In this document: in pieces, positions 12,802 through 24,911 of the stretch | Numbering within the stretch: the first letter of the stretch is position 1 | Layout of the letters: every line of letters starts with the position of its first letter | Origin: Eledone cirrhosa | Lineage: Eukaryota | NCBI GenBank assembly: GCA_964016885.1 | Contig: OZ024760.1 | Coordinates: forward strand, 2,480,001-2,544,000 | DNA length: 64,000 nucleotides | Direction: 5' to 3' | The notes under the pieces: model-generated | The model's input: the letters and a program-made list of their open reading frames with translations, nothing else | What the model was told of the DNA's origin: nothing | Database searches by the model: none | Program-made: the position numbers and the translations under genes

Positions 12802-13693
12802 CATCAGGAACAATGTGTAGACTTTCCTACCAATACATACACTGATACACACAAAAAATTAAAAACAACACACACACTCACATGTCCCCCTTTTTCTATT
12901 TTCTAATTTATCTACTTGTGCTCTCCTGATGAAGGACTAGCATCCGATACGTTGAACTTATTTCCTCTCTCTAATCCAAAGCAAGAACCTAATAACACTC
13001 ATATTTTTTTAATCTCTGTGTTTGTCATTTTTTTTATTATGTATATATATATATATATATATAGGAACAAGTAAGACCCCGATGGCTGAGCTCAAGCCGT
13101 TTCGACGGCTAATTCTGTACTGAATGAAAAATTAATTCTGGTATTTAAATAGCCGAACTTATCAAGGGGTAATTCCATATATGGTCAAAGAGATAATCAC
13201 CAGGATTGGTCACATCACAAGTTAGTAGTAAATCTGTGATGGCAAGTTGGTGGGGAAAGGGGTAGCTAAACCTGCCAGTAGGAGAAAAGGGGAGAGGGGG
13301 TGGAGTAGACCCATTCATGCATTGGTAGTGCCAGCTACAGCTGGGTGTGAGGTCAAAGAGGATACTGGGGAGGGGAAGGAGGTCGAAACAGTAAGTAGAA
13401 CAATGAAAGGTAAAACTGTAAAAGGTACTGAGAGAGAAAAAAAAATATAAGCAAAATCTGGTTACTAAGACTTAGGTCTCTCGCTATTGCTAGGCTGAAG
13501 AAATACATAAATAAATAAATAAACAAATAAGTGAAAATATATATATATATATATAAGCAAAGGGATATTTAATTTGTTGATAATTCAACAAATATATTTA
13601 TTTATAACAGATTCGGAGCACTCGACAAGTTTTCTGGAGTATAATATCAATGATGTGAATTATAAATGGAAACTATATTTATAAAACCATATT

Positions 13694-13754
13694 TATTCTA
13701 TTATAGATATTTCAAGGGTACCAAAACTTTGGTACGCCCTCATCAGGTAAAATA
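13694..13754 (-). ncRNA. Type I hammerhead ribozyme motif
   Basis: Minus strand: TATTTTAC CTGATGA GGGC GTACCAAA G TTTTGGTAC CCTT GAAA TATCTA TA ATAGAATA. Same family as 17327-17380 (+). Confidence 0.7.
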
Positions 13755-14400
13755 CAGAGCTTGTTTTATAAATAGTGACATACCCAAGTTTTACCTGGAT
13801 AGTCATAGTTTCCATCTATTAATATCATTGATATCATCATCATCATTTTACGTCCGCTTTTCCCTGCTTGCAAGGGTGGGACGGGAACTGATTCTGGCTT
13901 GATTTCTACAGCTGGATGCCCTTCCTAACACCAACCTCATTTACAGTGAGTGCTGGGTGCTTTTTGCCGTGGCACCTCCACGACCACTTTGCAGTGGAAT
14001 AATATGGAGCCCAGTCCCTATCATCTCATTTCTACAGCTGAGTAAACTGGAGCAATGTGAAATAAAGTGTCTTGCTCAAGGAAACAACACATCACCCTGT
14101 CTGAGAATTGAACTCACAACCTTTCGATTGCAAGGCCAATGCTCTAACCACTAAACCATCTGCCTCCATATATATATATATATGTACATGTATGTAAATG
14201 AATCTATCTATATATGTGTGTGTGTGTGAATTTTGTATCATCATCATCAGCAGCATTTTATGTCAATTTTTCCACGTTAGCATGGGTTAGAAGAGTTGTC
14301 CTGTTGTGAGCAATGCTAGGTCAGCTGACCATGTCTGCACATACAGAACTGATTTGGGCTTGGTTTCTACAGTTGGATGCCTTTCCTAATGCTAACCTCA

Positions 14401-16098
14401 TTTACAGTGAGTACTGGGTGCATTTTGTCGTGACACCTGCATGACCACTTTAAAGTGTGTGCTGGGCACTTTTTGCCGTCTCACCATCATAACCACTTTA
14501 CAGTGTGGGCTGGGTAATTTTTGTTGTGACACCATCATAACCACTTTATAGTCTGGGCTGGGTGCTTTTTGTTGTATTTCCTACATGACCACTATACAGT
14601 GAGGGCTGGTTACTTTTTGTTGTGACACCAGCATGACCACTTTACAGTGTGGGCTGGGAACTTTTTGTTGTGACACTAACATGACCACTTTACAGTGTGA
14701 GCTGGGTGCTTTTTGTTGTGATTCCTACATGACCACTATACAGTGAGGGCTGGTTACTTTTTGTTGTGACACCAGCATGCCCACTTTACAGTGTGGGCTG
14801 GGTGCTTTTTGTTGTGACACCAACATGACCACTTTACAGTGTGGGCTGGGTGCTTTTTGTTGTGACACCAACATGACCACTTTACAGTGTGGGCTGGGTG
14901 CTTTTTGTTGTGATTCCTACATGACCACTATACAGTGAGGGCTGGTTACTTTTTGTTGTGACACCAGCATGCCCACTTTACAGTGTGAGCTGGGTGCTTT
15001 TTGTTGTGACACCAACATGACCACTTTACAGTGTGGGCTGGGTGCTTTTTGTTGTGACACCAACATGACCACTTTACAGTGTGGGCTGGGTGCTTTTTGT
15101 TGTGATTCCTACATGACCACTATACAGTGAGGGCTGGTTACTTTTTGTTGTGACACCAGCATGCCCACTTTACAGTGTGGGCTGGGTGCTTTTTGTTGTG
15201 ACACCAACATGACCACTTTACAGTGTGGGCTGGGTGCTTTTTGTTGTGACACCAACATGACCACTTTACAGTGTGAGCTGGGTGCTTTTTGTTGTGATTC
15301 CTACATGACCACTATACAGTGAGGGCTGGTTACTTTTTGTTGTGACACCAGCATGCCCACTTTACAGTGTGGGCTGGGTGCTTTTTGTTGTGACACCAAC
15401 ATGACCACTTTACAGTGTGGGCTGGGTGCTTTTTGTTGTGACACCAACATGACCACTTTACAGTGTGGGCTGGGTGCTTTTTGTTGTGATTCCTACATGA
15501 CCACTATACAGTGAGGGCTGGTTACTTTTTGTTGTGACACCAGCATGCCCACTTTACAGTGTGGGCTGGGTGCTTTTTGTTGTGACACCAACATGACCAC
15601 TTTACAGTGTGGGCTGGGTGCTTTTTGTTGTGACACCAACATGACCACTTTACAGTGTGGGCTGGGTGCTTTTTGTTGTGATTCCTACATGACCACTATA
15701 CAGTGAGGGCTGGTTACTTTTTGTTGTGACACCAGCATGCCCACTTTACAGTGTGGGCTGGGTGCTTTTTGTTGTGACACCAACATGACCACTTTACAGT
15801 GTGGGCTGGGTGCTTTTTGTTGTGACACCAACATGACCACTTTACAGTGTGGGCTGGGTGCTTTTTGTTGTGACACCAACATGACCACTTTACAGTGTGG
15901 GCTGGGTGCTTTTTGTTGTGATTCCTACATGACCACTATACAGTGAGGGCTGGTTACTTTTTGTTGACACCAGGATGCCCACTTTACAGTGTGGGCTGGG
16001 TGCTTTTTCTCACGACACCTATACAACCAATTTACAGTGTGAGCTGGGTACTTTTTACTGTGTGACCATCATGACCACTTTACAATGTGGACTGAGGG
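14401..16098. repeat. 48-bp SINE-derived minisatellite (~35 copies) with a 192-bp higher-order period
   Basis: The GATTCCTAC variant recurs at 14720, 14912, 15104, 15296, 15488, 15680 and 15920. A SINE tail lies at 14236-14400. Confidence 0.95.
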
Positions 16099-16641
16099 CT
16101 TCATTGGATATACACTTCGAACTGCCCTCTTTTATAAATCTAATGATATATGGTATGTTTACGAGTAAACATTTGGAGAGCCTTTTAGCTATGAATATTG
16201 AAAAGCTGACGGCTAGCGCTGTCTAGCGGATTTCACGGGGGTCAACTGTCAATGGACATTTCTGGCTGTGGCTATTGGCAGGACAGTGCTGACCCTGATC
16301 TCCCTTGGAACTTGAAACAGGCGAAAATATATAGTATTTTTACATATGTAGATAGGCTGATTAGCCTCATTAGCATATGTCATTTGCTTTGTTATTTCAG
16401 TTCACCTTTTATATACATACATACATATAAATATATATATATAAATATATATATATAAATATATATATATCATCATCATCATCATCATCACCGTTTTACG
16501 TCCGTTCTTCCACGCTAGCATGGGTTAGACGGGTTGTCCTGTTGTGTGCAGTGTCTGGTCGGCTGACCATGCCTTGCTCATACAGGAACTGATCTGGCTT
16601 GATTTCTACAGCTGGATGCCCTTCCTAACACCAACCTATAA

Positions 16642-16754
<113 letters not shown>

Positions 16755-16781
16755 TATAAATATAAATATATATATATATAG

Positions 16782-16845
<64 letters not shown>

Positions 16846-17191
16846 AGTTAAAGGATACCATAACAGAGGTTCGACTAGCTTTTGATTCCAGAGTTGGGCC
16901 CAATCGATACAGATCAAACCTTGAGCTGATCAATAACGAAACGCGCGTCACTAATCAATAAACGTAATGAAGGCTTAACAAATTATGCTTGTATTATTAT
17001 ATTACACTTTGCCTTTCATCCTTACGGGGTCGATGAAATAAAGTACCAGTAATGTACTGGGTAATTGCTGGCCTTGTGCCTAAAGTAGAAACAATTATTA
17101 TATTACACTCTGTTTATCTCTACACCTCGCCACTGAGGTCAACCTAAATATCGAGTGCTCACCTACAGTAACTTGACGTTACACTCCCTGG

Positions 17192-17225
<34 letters not shown>

Positions 17226-17275
17226 CTACACTACCAAACCAGCTTCCTACATAATGGTCGCTCATATTTATGGTA

Positions 17276-17512
17276 CGTCAAAATTATTTATAAAACTGTT
17301 TATAAATAATTTTGACGATAGTATCCCTGACGAAGGCATGCCATATTTTTAAGATGGTATCCCCGAAATATGTATAATGAAATAAATATGGTTTTATAAA
17401 TATAGTTTCCATTTGTTTAATATCGTATATCTACTCCAAAAACTTGTCGAGTGCTTTATATCAGTTATAAAATATTTACTTGTTGTAACCCAACAATTTT
17501 AAATAAAACTTT

Positions 17513-17520
<8 letters not shown>
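17276..17520 (+). mobile_element. Penelope-like remnant with a short hairpin and a degenerate hammerhead (17327-17376)
   Basis: Hairpin 17276-17317, then CTGACGA AGG CATGCCAT...ATGGTAT CCCC GAAA TATGTA TA. The downstream sequence is homologous to the reverse complement of 13555-13700. Confidence 0.6.
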
Positions 17521-17556
<36 letters not shown>

Positions 17557-17763
17557 TAAAATTAGTCCTTCATCATCTCATTGATGAAGAACTAATTTTA
17601 TTCATATGTAACCCATTTGCAACCACGCAGCACGCCATTTTTCATATATTTTTATATATATATATATATTGGGTGAAGTATGAAATTTGTAGAAATTTCT
17701 AGGAAAAAGACTAATTTCTACAAATTCCGTACTTGACGACCCAATATATAAAGATAAATATAT

Positions 17764-17980
17764 ATATTTATTAAAATAAAGATTAAAGTTTAAGCAAAGA
17801 ATCGCTGCTTTCACCCTTAATGGGATAAGATCCCGTTAAGGGTGAAAGCAGCGATTTTTTGCTTAAATTTTAATCTGTTATTTTAATAAATATTTGCTCT
17901 AGGGTTCTTATATATTTGATATATATTTATCCTTATCGACTCCTCTTTGGATTTTAGTCTTCAAATTTATTATTATTACT
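17764..17980 (+). mobile_element. Inverted-repeat element in (TA)n (arms 17764-17826 and 17830-17893) with a 3' extension; related copy at 11912-12055
   Basis: A ~63-bp near-perfect palindrome with the same architecture as the elements at 11457 and 19828. Confidence 0.65.
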
Positions 17981-18226
17981 GTATATATATATATATATGT
18001 ATGTGTGTATGTGAACAGGTTAAATTTTCATTCTATTTTGAAATTACACCTTTTATTATTCATCTAGATGAAACATTATGTAACGAATAATCAATGTTGA
18101 TAAGTGTTTTGATTCTCCTTCACAATCATATATGTGTGTGTTTGTATATATATATGTGTGTGTGTGTGTGTTTGTATATATATATATATGTGTGTGTGTG
18201 TGTTTGTATATATATATGTGTGTGTG

Positions 18227-18271
<45 letters not shown>

Positions 18272-18273
<2 letters not shown>

Positions 18274-18988
18274 ACCGTGACCTCTGGCGTCAAGCAGTAA
18301 TACAGAAGACCTGACTTCCCACGGGTAGAAGCCGAAGCTGAAGCATATAGACAATATTCCCCCACCCCCTCCCACTGCAAAGTGGTCGTGGAGGTGCCAC
18401 GACAAAAAAGCACCCAGCCCATACTGTAAAGTGGTCGTGGAGGTGTCACAGTAAAAAGCACCCAGCCCACACTATAAAGTGGTCGTGGAGGTGTCACAGT
18501 AAAAAGCACCCAGCACTCACTGTAAAGTGGTCGTGGAGGTGTCACAGTAAAAAAGCACCCAGCCCACACTGTAAAGTGGTCGTGGAGGTGTCACAGTAAA
18601 AAATCACCCAGCACTCACTGTAAAGTGGTCGTGGAGGTGTCACAGTAAAAAAGCACCCAGCCCACACTGTAAAGTGGCCGTGGAGGTGCCACAACAAAAA
18701 AGCACCCAGCCCACACTGTAAAGTGGTCGTGGAGGTGTCACAGTAAAAAAACACCCAGCCCACACTGTAAAGTGTTCATGTAGCTGCCACAGTAAAAAAG
18801 CACCCAGTACTCACTGTAAATGAGGTTGGTGTTAGGAAGGGCATCCAGCTGTAGAAATCAAGCCAAAATCAGAACCCGAATGAGCAAGACAAGGTCACTC
18901 GACCTGGCTCTGCTCACAACAGGACAACCCGTCTAACCCATGGTAGCATTGAAGAATGGACATAAAACAGTGATGATGATGATGATGA
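18272..18988 (+). mobile_element. SINE-like element with ~9 internal 48-bp repeats (18372-18820) and an (ATG)n tail
   Basis: The reverse-orientation homologue at 56590-57060 has about 4 repeats. Confidence 0.85.
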
Positions 18989-19060
18989 TATATCCGTATG
19001 TAGTTGATGCCTGAGAGAAAAGAGTACTCAATATCTAAATAGAGTTTAAATATTCATTTT

Positions 19061-19187
19061 ATTAAGACTAAACAGTGAGTCTTGTAACTGTGGAGTTTTG
19101 CCAGTATATCACAGGGTTATCAGACAAGTTGACCCTGTGATAAACAAGCAAAATCCAGAGTAACAAGTCTCACTATTTAACTTTAAT
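19061..19187 (-). ncRNA. Candidate pre-miRNA-like long hairpin
   Basis: An imperfect ~58-bp stem with scattered 1-2 nt mismatches and a 10-nt loop (TCAGACAAGT). It is single copy in this window. Confidence 0.4.
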
Positions 19188-19603
19188 TTCTTTTTTATTT
19201 TAAATCAATCGACAAGATCCCAGACCTCGTTCGCTTGACAAGTGGGGTGGACCTCATCGAATCGGACCAAGGAAACAATGTTTCCATTGGTGTTTCCATT
19301 GCTAATGTTATCTAACAGTTGCAACTCCTGCAAATGGAGCAACGGGAAATAAAGTGTCTTGCTCAAGAGCACAACGCAATCACCCAGTTCGAGAATTGAA
19401 CTCACAACTTCATGATTGCAAATCCAACTCTCTAATTACTGAACCACATACCTTGACGGGTTAATATAATGAATATATATCTATATATCTATATATATGA
19501 ATATTAATAAATATATATATATGTATGTGTATACGTGCGTGTGTGTATATATATGTGTATATATATATATATAGAGAGAGAGATGAATAAATATATATAT
19601 GTA

Positions 19604-19637
<34 letters not shown>

Positions 19638-19827
19638 GAGAAGAGAGAGAGAGAGAGAGAGATATGTGTGTATATGTGTTTATATATATATCATCATCGA
19701 TTAACGTCTAGCTTCCACGCAAGCATGGGCTAGACGAGTCCCATTGCGGCAAATTGAGTCAGGTGACCGTGTCTCGCTCATATAGGAGTGTTTATGAATA
19801 TATATATATATATATATATATTATAAA

Positions 19828-20154
19828 AATTATAAAAATAGACAAAGAAGCCTTCAATACATCAAAAGTCTTTATTAGCCTACAATGTTTTGTCCCATTA
19901 ATAAGGACTCATCAGGGCAATTAAACAGATAAGAAGCCGTTAATGCTTCTTATCTGTTTAATTGCCCTGATGAGTCCTTATTAATGGGACGAAACATTGT
20001 AGGCTAATAAAGACTTTTGATGTATTGAAGGCTTCTTTGTCTATTTTTATAATTCTTCGGCTCTGTTTAATTACATTGAGCTATATCCTATACTGTCATT
20101 TCTATAATACGACGAGTGTGTTTTACTCCAACGCACTCTAGTATTTTAATTCTT
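19828..20154 (+). mobile_element. Penelope-like remnant with a 110-bp inverted repeat, in (TA)n
   Basis: Arms 19828-19937 and 19945-20054, a 7-nt spacer and a 100-bp 3' extension. Confidence 0.75.
19961..20008 (+). ncRNA. Intact minimal type I hammerhead ribozyme
   Basis: ATTGCC CTGATGA GTCCT tattaat GGGAC GAAA C ATT GTA GGC T AAT, with a GTA cleavage triplet. Confidence 0.85.
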
Positions 20155-20421
20155 ATATATATATATATATTATGTATGTATATGTATATATGTATGTATG
20201 TATATATATATATATATATATATTATATATTTAGTTTTATCTTCTGAAGATAAACAAAGCAATGACTTCAAAGTTTTGGTGAAGATACGAGTCTGAAGAG
20301 ATGCGACTGCCAAAACTTTTAAGTCACTGCCACCATTTTTTCTTCAAAATATGAAATTTATGCTCTGGACACATGCATTGATTACTCCTCATTCAATTAA
20401 TGTATGACCATTCTGTGTATA

Positions 20422-20465
<44 letters not shown>

Positions 20466-20512
20466 AGGCACATGGCTTAATATATATATATATAAAAAAT
20501 ATATATAAAATA

Positions 20513-20545
<33 letters not shown>

Positions 20546-21301
20546 TGGGAGATTAATTAGTCACAATAAAGAATAGAGATGCATATATATATACATATAC
20601 ATATATATGTATATATATATATACACACATATGTATAGATAGATGGTACAGGGATGTCCTTCATGGAGGAAGTGTTGTGGAACCTTTCCATGGTGTTCCA
20701 GGTAAGCACCAGACTAAGCTAGTAGTTTGAGGATTGCCAGGTACAACACCAATATATATATATATATATATATCATTATCATTTTATGTCCACTTTTCCC
20801 TGCTTGCAAGGGTGGGACGGGAACTGATTCTGGCTTGATTTCTACAGCTGGATGCCCTTCCTAACACCAACCTCATTTACAGTGAGTGCTGGGTGCTTTT
20901 TTGCCGTGGCACCCCCACGACCACTTTGCAGTGGAATGATAGGGACCCCAGTCTCTATCATCTCATTTCTACAGCTGAGTAAACTGGAGCAATGTGAAAT
21001 AAAGTGTCTTGCTCAAGGAAACAACACATCACCCTGTCTGAGAATTGAACTCACAACCTTTCGATTGCAAGGCCAATGCTCTAACCACTAAGCCATATAT
21101 ATATATATATATACACACACACAACACACACACATTTAATATAATGAATGGTGTACTCATGTGTGAAGATGCTATAAAACAGCTTATAATATTGGGTCCC
21201 TTAAAGATGGAAAAAGAAGCTGCCATTGGTTTCTACGATCAATCGAACCTTATATCTCCAAAATTAGATAATATCGCAATATTAGTTTCGAAAACCTTAA
21301 A

Positions 21302-21351
<50 letters not shown>

Positions 21352-21419
21352 TTATATATATGAAGATGGCATAGGACAGAACAAAGGAGAGGCACAAAAA
21401 TCAAAGAAAAGAATCCCCA

Positions 21420-21462
21420 GTCACTGAAGAGGTCACAGAATGTGTGACGAAAGAACTTTGAC
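21420..21462 (+). ncRNA. Type I hammerhead motif inside a ~280-bp repeat (21362-21650); second copy at 47491-47533
   Basis: GTCA CTGAAGA G GTCACA gaatg TGTGAC GAAA GAAC TT TGAC. The second copy has CTGAGGA, differing at the variable core position N7. Confidence 0.7.
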
Positions 21463-21695
21463 AATATATAAACAACCATCTGGTTGTGGAACCAACCAAC
21501 CAACCGGAAATTTATAAATTCCTAAATTTATAAATTTATTATAATAAATTGAAGTGAAAGCAACTGGTGCGTGTGTTTCATATTGGCAACATGACCCTCC
21601 CAAAGTATAACAATATCGGTTTCAACACACGTTTTCAGATAAAGAATCTTGCTAAACAAATTCAGAAACGAAATATTTATATATATATATATTTA

Positions 21696-21746
<51 letters not shown>

Positions 21747-21948
21747 TTATATATATATATATATATATATAAATATATATATATTTATATGTATTCATAT
21801 TTATATTTATATATATATACATTTATATGTCTCTATTTTGTACTCCTGAAGAAGGGCGTCACACTGACACGTTCAACTTCCTTTCCTCTTTCCAATATAA
21901 GACGTGAAACTAATAAAACTTTTTGTACCTCTGTTTGTTTTCTCCTTG

Positions 21949-22007
<59 letters not shown>

Positions 22008-22008
22008 A

Positions 22009-22080
<72 letters not shown>

Positions 22081-22405
22081 GAGAGAGAGAGAGAGAGAGA
22101 CATATTATCATCATCACCATCATCATTGTTTAACGCTAGCATGGGTTTGACGGGTTTGTCCCATTAGAGGCAAATTGTGTGGGGTGAGCGTGTCTTACTC
22201 ATATAGAACTGTTTCTGGTTAGTTTTCTACAGCTGGATGCCCTTCCTAATGCCAACCTCACTTAAAGTGTGTGCAGGGTGCTCTTAGCCGTGACTCCTAC
22301 ACGACCACATTACAGTGTAGGCTGGGGTGCTTTTTGTTGTGGCACCTACACGATCTCTTTACAGAGTAAGTTAGGTGCTTTTGTCGTGACTGTGATACCA
22401 ATATA

Positions 22406-22464
<59 letters not shown>

Positions 22465-22510
22465 TAAAATACAAATATTAATAAAATAGATGTTCTTTAG
22501 ATCAATTAAA

Positions 22511-22561
22511 TTTTATTATACATATTTCAGAGGTACAACAGTACACCCTCATCAGACAAAA
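22511..22561 (-). ncRNA. Type I hammerhead motif within a TA-flanked element (22462-22716) that has a 23-bp inverted repeat
   Basis: Minus strand: TTTTGT CTGATGA GGGT GTAC tgtt GTAC CTCT GAAA TATGTA TA ATAAAA. Confidence 0.75.
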
Positions 22562-22711
22562 TATAATGATACATGACATACCCTGAGATATGTTATTAAT
22601 ATTTGTATTTTAATATTACTTACTCTGGAAAAAATTTGTTTTAACTGTAGAGTGCTTCCAATCTACTGTAAAACTTATTCCTTTTTGTACTCATTGAATC
22701 TTGTTTAACTC

Positions 22712-22765
<54 letters not shown>

Positions 22766-23480
22766 TTCACTCATTTACTATAAATAAATATATTTATATA
22801 AATATACATACATACATATATATATAAATATATTTATATATACTTTTAATTTTTCCAAACTAATATTGTGAAATTAAATCCAATTTTGTAATTTCCAATA
22901 TTTTTTTTCTCAGATTCATAATAAAGTTATTTAAAACTATGATAAAGTTTGTAAAAACATTAGAAGTTTTCTATTTGCTTTCTCTTCCCATTCCTCCAAG
23001 ACTTTCTTCCAAAGAGTTTGGTTCATAAATTTCATGCAAGTTTCTCAATAATAAATTTGAAATATTTTCATCTTATTTATGTTTACTTTCTATTTTCTTT
23101 CTTTCTTTCCACCTAAAGAAACTACTACAGGTGTCATTTTATTATATATATATATATATATATTATCATCCTCTCTATTTACCGTCCCCCTTCCAGGCTA
23201 ACCCATGCTAGTGTGGAAGGCGAGCGTTAAACGGCAATGATGATGATGATGATATATGTATGTATATATGAAAATAGATGTATGAATATATGATTATATA
23301 TATATATATATATATTTACAAAACTTGGAAAATAGTTGTCCCAACCCAAAACTATAATAATAGTTGACCACTCTATTTGTATATATGTATACACACACAG
23401 ATACATATATATATATACATACATATACATACATTTATATATATATATATATATATAAATATATATACATATATATATAA

Positions 23481-23529
<49 letters not shown>

Positions 23530-23672
23530 CATACATACATCCACATACATTTACACATACAAACATACATACATGCACACACATGCACATATATGTGTAT
23601 ATATATAAAAACACACACACATATATATATATATATTCACATATATGTATCTGTTTTTATATATATATACAC

Positions 23673-23705
<33 letters not shown>

Positions 23706-24224
23706 TAGGAAGGGCATCCAACCATAGAAAACCCGCCAGACAGTCCTATACGAACAGGACAACAAATCTTGCCTCAAGTGGGTAAACTCCCATCCAAACC
23801 CATGCAAGCGTGGAAGATGGACGTTAAACGATGATGATGATGATGATACTGAAGTTCCCGGTGTGAAATACTCTGTTTTTTTCCCCGCAAAATATATCCA
23901 ATATACAATATAATCAGCTCATTACTTGGAGGTTGAAGGTTACTTCAAGCGAAACTTTTGTTTCCCTCTGAAACTTTTTGTTTCAAGATTTAGAAACTGG
24001 AATGGATGGTGCGACCTGAAAGTTGGAACATTGGAACATCTTCAATGCCGGGAAAAACATGAATTCAACTTTGTTTTTTTTTAATATTTTCTTTCTCTTT
24101 TCGCGATAGTTTAACAAACAAACAAAAAGGAAAATGAAAACACACACACATATATTTATATATATATATATATATACAATTATATAAATAATATATAATT
24201 TTATCTTTTTTTTTGTGTGCTTAC

Positions 24225-24303
24225 CTCTGAAAGTAACTTTAGCTTTCCGGTTACATGTCGATCTTAGATTATCAACACATTTGAGATGTAGTATAAGAGC
24301 CAT
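24225..24303 (-). CDS. OTOF: First coding exon of an otoferlin-like (type II ferlin) gene; start of the C2A domain
   Basis: Translates to MALILHLKCVDNLRSTCNRKAKVTFR/G. Against the human otoferlin N-terminus as I recall it ([27 protein letters not shown]), about 17/27 residues are identical with no gaps. The ATG has a good context (ATAATGG). The exon ends at a consensus donor AG|GTAAGC after 79 coding nt (phase 1), the same boundary I recall for vertebrate OTOF exon 1. The ORF continuation past the donor is low-complexity intron. Confidence 0.9.
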
Positions 24304-24323
24304 TATCCACTGAGATTGGTCAT
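24303..24323 (-). promoter_or_regulatory. Six-codon uORF (MTNLSG*) whose stop overlaps the otoferlin start (TAATG)
   Basis: The minus strand reads ATG ACC AAT CTC AGT GGA TAA TG. The uATG has a weak context (C at -3). It matters only if this stretch lies in the mature 5' UTR. Confidence 0.5.
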
Positions 24324-24609
24324 CAGTTTTAAAAAAGAAAACACAATGAGTAGTGTAGCAGGGAAAAAAATGCCGGGTAGTAGTGTAGTAAAGTTGTTTT
24401 TTTTTTATTTATTTACTTCAGAAATTTTTTTTTTTTGGTCGTAGTTTTGTTTTGCTTGCTTGCACACAGCAACTGCATTAATAATTTAACAAGAAGAAGA
24501 AGAAGAAGAAGAAGGAGAAGAAGGAGAGAAAATAGAAGAAGAAGGAGAAAGAGTCGTGGTGTTGAGGAGGGAGTTTTGCATAATTTATGTAAATATTATT
24601 ATCATAAAG

Positions 24610-24840
24610 TCCTTCGTCGTTAAACCTCATTCATGCACTAGTCGCATCGCATCACGTCGTATCGCATCGCAATCGCAGTCGTAGTGAAAGTCGAAGTCGA
24701 GTCAATCCATTCGACTAACAGAGAGTGTAAAAGTTGCAGCAGCAGCAGCAACAGCAGCATCTGTTGGTTGCGATGAGCAGCAGCGCTAGAGATTGCTGTA
24801 GTAGTAGTAGCAGCTGAAGCAACACATGTAGTGAGCAATC
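24610..24840 (-). promoter_or_regulatory. Putative promoter/5' UTR of the otoferlin-like gene
   Basis: A non-transposon, locally CpG-rich patch with (TCGCA)n and (GCA)n runs, 300-500 bp upstream of the ATG in an otherwise CpG-poor window. An Inr-like TTAGTC lies at 24718-24713. The TSS cannot be established from sequence alone. Confidence 0.4.
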
Positions 24841-24875
24841 AAGAGATAGAGAGACAGTGTGAGCGAGAGAGAGAG

Positions 24876-24911
<36 letters not shown>

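Noticed and set aside
17150-17190. Minus-strand donor AG|GTGAGC as a candidate otoferlin exon 2
   Set aside because: The translation does not resemble C2A, and a similar sequence recurs near 8275-8315, so it is a repeat.
23983-24224. C-terminal 80 aa of the ORF 23983-24303
   Set aside because: This is read-through past the splice donor into intron sequence.
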